Assembly (NCBI GenBank): GCA_048882505.1
Contig: JBHLRO010000004.1
Location: 50,193-82,192, forward strand
Source of the DNA: Candidatus Thorarchaeota archaeon
GTDB taxonomy: Archaea; Asgardarchaeota; Heimdallarchaeia; Hodarchaeales; Hodarchaeaceae
Direction: 5' to 3'
DNA: 32,000 nucleotides
The notes below the pieces were generated by a model, which worked only from the letters and a program-made list of their open reading frames with translations, did not search any database and was not told the DNA's origin. Of this stretch, positions 1-8,034 are shown piece after piece (the first letter of the stretch is position 1; every line of letters begins with the position of its first letter). Position numbers and translations under genes: made by a program.

Positions 1-445
1 TAAAGAAATCTTTCAACGTTTTTATTACTTCATCCTGCATCTGAGGAAGCAGAAGGTCTGCCTTATGGAAAAAACAAAAAGCAATCGCATCATGGGAAAA
101 TTCACTCAATCTATTAATTGCATGGTCAAAATAGAACTTTGAAGTAGAAACCTGATCAAAATTACTTACATCTACGACCCAAACCAAAATTTGAACATCG
201 GAGAATATGAATTCCGCCTGTTCACCAACAAAAACGGAAATAAAGCTCTCCTGGCCCCCACAATCAAAAATCTGAAAGGCAGAATCGACAACGCTTTTCG
301 TTGAACGGGTATAATTGATCGTAGCATGATAATCCATCACTTCATCCGGAGTCTTTCCCTCAAAAACAACTGATCGTATACTACTCTTACCCGATGCGCC
401 TAATCCCATGAATAAAACTTTTTGTGGTAGAGGGGCAGTTTTCAA
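1..445 (-). CDS. Rag/Gtr1-family small GTPase (3' end runs off the window; missing from the ORF track)
   Basis: Manual translation from a TTG at 445 (RBS GTGGAG upstream) gives MKTAPLPQKVLFMGLGASGKSSIRSVVFEGKTPDEVMDYHATINYTRSTKSVVDSAFQIFDCGGQESFISVFVGEQAEFIFSDVQILVWVVDVSNFDQVSTSKFYFDHAINRLSEFSHDAIAFCFFHKADLLLPQMQDEVIKTLKDFF. It has G1 GLGASGKS, G2 AT, G3 DCGGQ and G4 HKAD. The frame is open to the window edge. Confidence 0.9.
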   Translation of the reverse strand, partial: MKTAPLPQKVLFMGLGASGKSSIRSVVFEGKTPDEVMDYHATINYTRSTKSVVDSAFQIFDCGGQESFISVFVGEQAEFIFSDVQILVWVVDVSNFDQVSTSKFYFDHAINRLSEFSHDAIAFCFFHKADLLLPQMQDEVIKTLKDFF

Positions 446-670
446 TGGTGATCTCCACTTTCTTGACTGATCCAACAAAAACCAAATTATGTCTGGTTTA
501 TAACGCTATCTCAATAAGATTATAGAACGTTTTATATTTCACCTAACCCTGTGTTATAAGAATTTCAGAGCATTTATATTGCCGAATAATGTGGGTGTGT
601 CACAGTATAAAAGGTTCTCAAAAGGCCACTCTCCTTGCTCAGAAGGATAACGTCTCAGGATCAATAGATT

Positions 671-2890
671 ATGTCAGACTGGGTGTCTCATGCTGATATC
701 AGTGCTCGATTAGGATATAAGATCTTGTTAGCTGGACTAAGTGAGGCTGGCAAGACCGCAGTCAAACGAATATTCTTTTTAAAACAATCTACGGCAGATG
801 TGGATAGTTTAGGTGCCACTATCAACTATGAACGCATGACAATGAACATTAAAAATACTCCCGTGACGATCGTAGATCTGGGCGGCCAAAAAATCTTTCT
901 CAAACGATTTCTGAACAATTTCAGCCCATTTGTTTTCAGTTCTGTAAGATCGTTTATTTTCCTTATCGATGTGGCGAATAAGACCTCACGGAACAGTGCG
1001 ATCCAATATTTTTGCGGTTGCTTGGAACGATTAGAGGAATTTTCACCCAAAGCGAACGTATTTGTTTTTCTCCATAAAAATGACCTGGTTCGGAATCTTC
1101 CCAATTATGAAAGTATACATTCTCAGCTGAAAGAACAATTCCAGCTGGAATACAAAACCGGTAATTTGCCCTTCTTTCGTACAACAATCTATAAACCTGA
1201 GACTGTAATCCGGAGTTTTGGGCGTATTTTTGAGCTCTCGTCGCCAGAACTGGCTGAAAGCGAGTTCGTTGATCATGAAAGGATTGGAACAATCGAAGAA
1301 TATGTGAAAGAGAGCATGGTTATTAGGAAAGAAGTTGAAACAGTTGAACGAGCTCAATTGGGAGGAACCCCTCAGGATGAGCTTCCATTAACCCCCTTTG
1401 ATGCCACAGTAATCAGACAATCATCTCCCTCGCCTCTGGCCGGGCATAAGACGGTAGGTAAATCAGAAGTATTATCTAAGCTTCAAAATCTGATGAGAGA
1501 TGCAACCAAGGTTGAGAAACCAAAGGAAGCAGATGACCTAGTTCTAGATAAACTACAGCATCTAATGAAAAAGGCGGTGAAACCAGAGGGTATTGATCAA
1601 GTCCAAGCTACGGGGAAAGTGCAAGAAACTATGGTAGATCATCGCGAACCTTTAATTGAAGATGTACCTTCTCCTAGTTCATCAGTTTCAGAGGTCGTCG
1701 GGAGCGATTTTCAGGTTGAAGAGGAGCCGGGCGAAATCACTTTTATCGATGACGATAAAGAAAATCAGATATCTCATCTAATCAGTTTTTATGACGTTGA
1801 GAAAGATCAAGCAGTGAGAATTGTTGAGCTTGGGTACGCGGATTTGTTTGAATCTGTTGCAGCAACCTCTGCCGTAGATATACCGCTGATAATCGATGTG
1901 CTCTTAAAATATCTGCCCTTAATCTCTCATCAAGTTGATGTGAGCAATTTAAATAAGGATCGTCTCTTTCTAATCTTTTTTGCGATTATGAAGGGCGATC
2001 TCCAACGGGAAATCCTCGCGGAATGCTTGATATTGGCCGCTAGCAAACCTGACCTTAGTATAGACGAAGTAATTGCAGAAATCAAGAAGGAAAAGACTAC
2101 GGAAGTGGTAGATTTTGAAATCCCCAAAAAAGAATATGAGACCAGCCTCCTCAAGGTTCCTCTCGCGATTACCAATACAGAAGGCGTACTGTCCGTTCCA
2201 GAGCTTCCTAAACTTGGTTTCAAGTGTGTAAGAGATAATTCAAATTTTGAACTTGAATTTCAACGTCTTGGTGAACCTGATTTAGATAAAAGGATTATTG
2301 GGCACACTACGGTTGCTCCCGACATCAAACCTGGAGAGTTGACCTATCTCCTCGCTTATGAATCTAATTTGTTTTCAATGGGGTTTTTTGATGGTTTGGA
2401 CACTTCTATTGACATATTTGCGCGCCTTATCTATAAGACCATTGAAAGAATGAAAACTTCAAACATCTCTTCGTCTGAAAGCATAGAACCTGACATGGAG
2501 ATCACTGTACCAATCCGAATTGAGATGGACGGAGACTTTATTCTTATTCCAGAAGGCCGCGGGGAGGTATTTAGCGTCCAAAAGACTAGATCGGGCTTTG
2601 ATGTCCTTTTCAAGAAAGATGAGCAGCCTTTAGGAAAAATTCAAGTAAGTACCGATCTAGATTTATCTTTAATACACACAAATCTCAAAGAAAGAATTGA
2701 ACTGCCATTAAGGTTGGAAAAGGATTGGGATTTGGCATCTCGAATCATTTATGGGGCAATAAACGTCCTTAAACAAGCTAGTGAAGCATTAGTTGATAAG
2801 GATCAAAAAATGAAACCTGAAGAGCTAGTAGAAGAAGTAGATGAAAGTTCAGAAAAGCTTAAGGAGTTTCTCAGATTATTACAGGAGTAA
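671..2890 (+). CDS. Rag/Gtr-like GTPase with ~550-aa C-terminal extension (acidic linker, helical domain, tandem-duplicated domain)
   Basis: N-terminal G1 GLSEAGKT, G2 LGATINYE, G3 DLGGQ, G4 HKND and G5 RTTIY. The HKxD and LGATI motifs are characteristic of Rag/Gtr1 proteins. No recognisable family in the remainder. Confidence 0.85.
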   Translation: MSDWVSHADISARLGYKILLAGLSEAGKTAVKRIFFLKQSTADVDSLGATINYERMTMNIKNTPVTIVDLGGQKIFLKRFLNNFSPFVFSSVRSFIFLIDVANKTSRNSAIQYFCGCLERLEEFSPKANVFVFLHKNDLVRNLPNYESIHSQLKEQFQLEYKTGNLPFFRTTIYKPETVIRSFGRIFELSSPELAESEFVDHERIGTIEEYVKESMVIRKEVETVERAQLGGTPQDELPLTPFDATVIRQSSPSPLAGHKTVGKSEVLSKLQNLMRDATKVEKPKEADDLVLDKLQHLMKKAVKPEGIDQVQATGKVQETMVDHREPLIEDVPSPSSSVSEVVGSDFQVEEEPGEITFIDDDKENQISHLISFYDVEKDQAVRIVELGYADLFESVAATSAVDIPLIIDVLLKYLPLISHQVDVSNLNKDRLFLIFFAIMKGDLQREILAECLILAASKPDLSIDEVIAEIKKEKTTEVVDFEIPKKEYETSLLKVPLAITNTEGVLSVPELPKLGFKCVRDNSNFELEFQRLGEPDLDKRIIGHTTVAPDIKPGELTYLLAYESNLFSMGFFDGLDTSIDIFARLIYKTIERMKTSNISSSESIEPDMEITVPIRIEMDGDFILIPEGRGEVFSVQKTRSGFDVLFKKDEQPLGKIQVSTDLDLSLIHTNLKERIELPLRLEKDWDLASRIIYGAINVLKQASEALVDKDQKMKPEELVEEVDESSEKLKEFLRLLQE
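2150..2773 (+). repeat. Internal tandem duplication of a ~95-100 aa domain in the 739-aa GTPase
   Basis: Copy 1 (~2150-2457) VPLAI..EG.LSVPE..F..FELEF..IG...V.PD..DIFARLIYKTIERMK aligns by eye to copy 2 (~2500-2773) VPIRI..DG.ILIPE..F..FDVLF..LG...V.TD..DLASRIIYGAINVLK. Similarity is at the protein level only. Confidence 0.7.
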
Positions 2891-2966
2891 TTGAGGGCCT
2901 TATTCCTTCTAGAGGATGGATTCCGAGTAAAAGTGATTTTGATACTGAATCGTTCACAGATTCGGC

Positions 2967-5900
2967 CTAAGAAGTATCGCCTCCAAGAAGTTCGATAGTT
3001 CCGTAAAGGTTTTGATAGGAAAGTGTAATAGATGTTACCAATTCCCGAACTTCAACGATTTTTCTCGCTATTAGTTCCTTGTTTTGGTTCTCGTCGTTCA
3101 TGAGAAGATGTGCTTCGTGCACTTTTTCCTGAATTTCATCCTTAAATTGGTTTAATAGCGGGAAAACTTCCTGATGGATGAGAATATTCAATGTGATATT
3201 CTCCTGCCCCCCTCTGGCCTCAGGACGACTCAAAAAATAGCCAAAAGATAAGATACTAATTCTTATTCCCCGAACCAGCACAAAATCAAAACTAGAATAA
3301 ATTTCAGCATCAAGCGTGTCAGCGAATCCCGTGACAGAGAATGAGCGGTCAGACAGCTCTACCAATTTAGAGAAATTGTCTTTGAGGATTTCGGGTATCA
3401 CAATGATTGGAATTGGTCCGTGCGCTTGATCGAAATAGGAAACAACAACTCCAACCGAATGGCTGTCCAAACTGTTCCTAACAACTGTATCGGAAAAGTT
3501 ACTGGTATTCTGCATTACTAGGCCTTTATCTAGACCAACTAACTCTGGTTTACGGAAAAATCTCACATAAACAATTGCACCCACGAAGATCAAGATGACG
3601 GCAATGCCAGCTACAAGAAATAGTTCGGTGGGGAGACTTGGAGGAACATAGGGAATACGTTGCTCCGCTAAGTTCAGATTGGTGAATGCTAAAGTATTGA
3701 AATTCCCGTCATTGTCGCGGGTTGAGATTTGGAAAATTACATCCAGTGATGAAGTGTATTCATTCAGTAAAACGGTAATGATATAGCGATCATACGCTCC
3801 ACTTTTTCCCACAAATTCCATAGTTATGCTTGCAGTTTGCTGGAAGGTAGATGCCCCTCCTCCACCATTCTGGATTGGTTTGAAGTCGTACGCCAGAATC
3901 ACTTCAGCAATACCCGATCCTTCTTCAACTATATCAGCATAGAAGGTAATATTGGATGGATTCTGAACATCAGGAGTTGTATACCACGCATCAACCACCC
4001 GTGGGGGGGACTCATCCTTGATCACTAAGTTGAAGGACTCTGACTTACTAATCTCATATGATAAAATATGAACTACCTCTGTTACCACGGTAATATTAAC
4101 TGTTGCCACCATATTTAAGTAGGTAAGGTTTTGTAGTTGAAAATCTAGCTCCCATAAATTTAGACTTCCGGAAGTTATGATACGTCTCTCTTCGAGAGAA
4201 CCAATGTAAATTAAGACCTCTACCTGCTTGATATTGTTGCGTGAATCCGTAATATTGAACACAAAGCTATAGTGTCCCTCTGTATCATTTTTAGGTATAA
4301 ATTGAGCATCATTAACAACTGGCCTACTTTCTACGAAGACAGAAACAGAAACAATCTTCCCATAGTCGCTGCCATCATAAGGGTGTATTTCCGCTCTCCA
4401 GGTTTCGCTATGTTTGGTTCTGTTAGCAGGAATTATCATCAGGCCATTGAACTGAGTTTCCAGGACACCATCAACATACCACTGAACAGAGGATGCATCA
4501 AGGTCATTATCAATGTCAGAATAAGCATAAGTCAGAATAATCTCTTCGTCTTCCACGATTATCCCAGGAACGGATGGATTTCCCATTTCAAAAGTAGGAT
4601 TTATTACTTGAGGAGCGGTGTTTTGGATCGTGACGGTCAAACTGGTTGCTAATGGCCCAAATAGTTGCCCATCTTTGGGGCGTATTGTCGCATACCATTG
4701 ATCATTCTTAATTAATGCAGATGCCGGTATGGTATATGAATCATTAAATGTGGGTTGCAGGTTGAGGTTCTTATACCATCTAATCTCTGTTCCTCCTTCA
4801 CTGTCCTCAGGTGAATCGGAGAAATCGTAGGATAACGTCAAGCTTTCATTACTATGTATTGGGTTTGGGGTCAGAGTGATATTTTCAACTGAGGGCGGAG
4901 CGTTGAATCCTCTGTATGAAACAAATTCAGTCGAAGTAAAAACATTGTTGCTTGTATCGTTCACAATGATCCTAAACTTAACCAAACCATTTGGCATCAG
5001 GATGGTATCATTGATGAACCCACTAGAGGTATTTCTCATCACGGCGAGAACTCCTGTCTGGGCAGAACCACCAAAATAAGTTACATTGAGGAGAACCTTG
5101 TCAATAACACCCCAAACGTCCATTACAGTTGTATTAAAGGTACCATTTACACCTATCGTATGATCATATGTTCCAACGAGAACCGTTGGGGGGTTAGTAT
5201 CTTTTAAAAACGTGTGAGTCTTCACTGTTGGATCTGTGACATTGTTTCCAAAAATATCGGAGGTGTTAACAATCTGATAGGTATAAAAACCACCGTATTC
5301 TATTGGTACGGAACTATTCGTCCAGTACGTTCCATTAAAACTCATAGAATATGCTGAACTATTTACCAAAAGAGTCGCATTCTCAATCGCTGATCCAAAA
5401 TCTACAATATCGGCCCAGAAATTAGCCTGCCCTGTTCCTGACTCATCCACTCCAAAATTTACGAGTTGGGGAGGGGTAAAATCGCCATAAAGCGTTAACG
5501 CATGTATATAAACATTAGAATCCGTATTTTCCGCATTGACTTCGATTTCATGGTTCGGATTCATCCCACTTCCTCCCATGAGCCACGTACCACCGCCCAC
5601 ATCATATTGAGGAAATTGCCAGGATTGACCTTCTTTTCTGGCAATACCACGACGATCCCCTCCGACAGATTCAAATTGTAGGATTGCTCCCGTAGCATTG
5701 GATGGTACGGCAACATAAGAATCGAGGTCCCGGGTTGTCCATCCGTTTGATGTACCGGAAATATCATCCCGATTGGTGTCTAACCAATCGATACTGTCAC
5801 CGACCTCTGCAATTAAATAAAAATGAGCTGTGTTATCAAGGAAATATTCAAATTGATCGTTATTATCGATTTTAACAAAAAATACTCCTGAATTGAAGGG

Positions 5901-7631
5901 TTCCCAGTATCTAAAGCTTCCATCGGTTGATCCAGTCGCCCTCACCGTAATTCTGGAAACGGAAAGGCTATCGAGCTGTGCGAACAGAATAACCCCGGTC
6001 GTGTTTTCATCCACTCCAGGTACCGTCAAGGTATTCCAATTTGAATTCGCGGTTAATAACCCTAAATCTAACGATTCAGGCCTAAACCTCGGATCCGCTC
6101 CCACCGTATATCCCATCACATAGAGTCTTTGTCTGTTATGTTCCCTCCAAGTGTCAATATATTTGTGGGTACCTAGTTTTACGACTTGCATCCTCCAGGT
6201 ATCGGCCTCTAGTTGGTTTTGAATTAACCCGCCTTGCATGTAATCGTGCGCCTTGTCTTCGGATCCACGAGCGACTGCGTGTCGATTGCTGCCGCTATCG
6301 TCTACCCAGCCCAAAATAACTCCCGTAGCATAGCTGGGTACACTATCATCCGATAAATCTTGATTATTCACCCAAGAATCGACGGTTGAACCTAAATTTA
6401 CTTCGTCAGGAGAATCTAACCAAACGAAACCATTATCATTACCCATAATGGGGTTTTGATCTTGTATTCGAAGTAACACTGCATCTATCTCCCACCAATC
6501 TTGAATACTATCACCAGAGGTGTTGGATCCCCCAAATTTAATCGTGAATGTTGAACTGCTAAGATTAACTGTAAAATTGTTCCATGAATTGGGATTTAAA
6601 TCGGCAGCAATGGATGACCAAGCAGAACCAGTCCAATACGATATGTTGATGTCTTCGGAGCCACCAAACGAACCCGTTCTGATAGCTAGCTCTTCTAGAT
6701 CTAAGAAGGAGACCACATCAGTGAATTGAACCTCTAAATCTAAATTTAAACCACCCAATTCCTCTTTTTTAATGTTGACATAATCTATGTAAGCATTTTC
6801 GTTTTGAAAGCCGTTTGCGCGCCATCGGATTTGGAAATCTGGGATATAGTAGGAAGCATCAGTAATCTTCTGTGAATAAAAAACCCATTGGAACTCGGAA
6901 TGTGGCAATAGGTTCATATCCTGATATGTATTCCAAGCAGTTCCGTCCCATAATTCCAAATAGAGCTCACCATCATCAAACCATTCATCTCTCCACCAAA
7001 ACTCGATATAAATAGCATTTGAGCCCGAGGTATTCATTGCAGGCGACACTAAAACTCCAAACTGAATGGTATCCGTGGCATCAAAATCTGCAGAGTAAAC
7101 TCCATGATATGCTTGGTCGGCTTCTTTATTCCAGCGTCCTGTCCCGCTCCAACCTGTGGGGATCCAAGCTCCTTCAAAAGATTCGAGACCAATTAGTGTT
7201 GTGTTAAAATCGTAACCTTCCGTCATATTATTGTAACTAGAGTCATTGTCCTGGAGATTAGAAAAAATGTTATGGTATCCACGATCTGAGGAAGCATCCA
7301 CATCGCTTCTCTGATCAACATAATGTTCAATTACGGGAGCAATTTCTTTTGAAAGACTCCTCCGAATTCCTAAAGTTTTTGTTTTTTCTGAGGTAATAGC
7401 TGAGGTTTCGGTTGGTGAGGAAGTTCCCGCAATCCTTGATTTAGCGGCAATCCCATTTCCGGTAAATGATAAACTTTTATCTCCTTTTAAAGAATCTAGC
7501 GTAACTGATTGTAATCCTAGGTGCCGTTCATCATGAATGTACTGAATCATTGGCAATAGCTGGATGAAAAAGATGGCGAGACATAATCCTGCGGAAATTC
7601 TCTTACTTAGATTCATGTGATTGATCACCAT
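2967..7631 (-). CDS. Large single-pass surface glycoprotein (jelly-roll and Ig-like ectodomain) with cytoplasmic folliculin/SMCR8-like uDENN (longin) domain
   Basis: N-terminal hydrophobic signal and many N-x-S/T sequons. Beta-rich repeats begin DFTPP, DTNPP, NAPP, NTAP and DESPP. A TM helix LFLVAGIAVILIFVGAIVYV (~aa 1337-1356) is followed by RFFRK. The tail carries YFDQAHGPIP...IP and LSRPEARGGQE motifs. RBS GAGAGG upstream. Confidence 0.8.
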   Translation of the reverse strand: MVINHMNLSKRISAGLCLAIFFIQLLPMIQYIHDERHLGLQSVTLDSLKGDKSLSFTGNGIAAKSRIAGTSSPTETSAITSEKTKTLGIRRSLSKEIAPVIEHYVDQRSDVDASSDRGYHNIFSNLQDNDSSYNNMTEGYDFNTTLIGLESFEGAWIPTGWSGTGRWNKEADQAYHGVYSADFDATDTIQFGVLVSPAMNTSGSNAIYIEFWWRDEWFDDGELYLELWDGTAWNTYQDMNLLPHSEFQWVFYSQKITDASYYIPDFQIRWRANGFQNENAYIDYVNIKKEELGGLNLDLEVQFTDVVSFLDLEELAIRTGSFGGSEDINISYWTGSAWSSIAADLNPNSWNNFTVNLSSSTFTIKFGGSNTSGDSIQDWWEIDAVLLRIQDQNPIMGNDNGFVWLDSPDEVNLGSTVDSWVNNQDLSDDSVPSYATGVILGWVDDSGSNRHAVARGSEDKAHDYMQGGLIQNQLEADTWRMQVVKLGTHKYIDTWREHNRQRLYVMGYTVGADPRFRPESLDLGLLTANSNWNTLTVPGVDENTTGVILFAQLDSLSVSRITVRATGSTDGSFRYWEPFNSGVFFVKIDNNDQFEYFLDNTAHFYLIAEVGDSIDWLDTNRDDISGTSNGWTTRDLDSYVAVPSNATGAILQFESVGGDRRGIARKEGQSWQFPQYDVGGGTWLMGGSGMNPNHEIEVNAENTDSNVYIHALTLYGDFTPPQLVNFGVDESGTGQANFWADIVDFGSAIENATLLVNSSAYSMSFNGTYWTNSSVPIEYGGFYTYQIVNTSDIFGNNVTDPTVKTHTFLKDTNPPTVLVGTYDHTIGVNGTFNTTVMDVWGVIDKVLLNVTYFGGSAQTGVLAVMRNTSSGFINDTILMPNGLVKFRIIVNDTSNNVFTSTEFVSYRGFNAPPSVENITLTPNPIHSNESLTLSYDFSDSPEDSEGGTEIRWYKNLNLQPTFNDSYTIPASALIKNDQWYATIRPKDGQLFGPLATSLTVTIQNTAPQVINPTFEMGNPSVPGIIVEDEEIILTYAYSDIDNDLDASSVQWYVDGVLETQFNGLMIIPANRTKHSETWRAEIHPYDGSDYGKIVSVSVFVESRPVVNDAQFIPKNDTEGHYSFVFNITDSRNNIKQVEVLIYIGSLEERRIITSGSLNLWELDFQLQNLTYLNMVATVNITVVTEVVHILSYEISKSESFNLVIKDESPPRVVDAWYTTPDVQNPSNITFYADIVEEGSGIAEVILAYDFKPIQNGGGGASTFQQTASITMEFVGKSGAYDRYIITVLLNEYTSSLDVIFQISTRDNDGNFNTLAFTNLNLAEQRIPYVPPSLPTELFLVAGIAVILIFVGAIVYVRFFRKPELVGLDKGLVMQNTSNFSDTVVRNSLDSHSVGVVVSYFDQAHGPIPIIVIPEILKDNFSKLVELSDRSFSVTGFADTLDAEIYSSFDFVLVRGIRISILSFGYFLSRPEARGGQENITLNILIHQEVFPLLNQFKDEIQEKVHEAHLLMNDENQNKELIARKIVEVRELVTSITLSYQNLYGTIELLGGDTS

Positions 7632-8034
7632 GGACCTCTCTGAGTAGGATTGAGATTATCTTGCGGACAAATGAGGATTCTCAGTGATGAGTTTTTTCAC
7701 TTTATTTAGAGTTAACTGAATAAACTCTTCCATATTACCTTTTGAGAAGGATGGAAATCGCAATCTTGATTCAGGGGTCTCACTCGATCTTTAATAAAAT
7801 TCAAATTATGAAAAACGTAAAACCACGGGAACCTAATACAGCAGATTGATTTACACCATCAGAACTTCAGAGAAGAAGATAACAGGAGAAATGTCAGAAT
7901 ATCCAGAGAGGATTCTTCCCCTAGTCATCTCCCATTGATAAACGGATATGTGAAGAATCCTCAGTCCAAACCATCTATGGTAGTGGTAAAAAATGGCGTA
8001 TTTCTTACCTGAGAAACCGAACCTTAAACAGAGG

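Noticed and set aside
446-670. TATA-like elements (TTATAAG, TTTATAT, TATAAAA) between the divergent GTPases
   Set aside because: There are several candidates in AT-rich DNA, and none can be assigned without TSS data.
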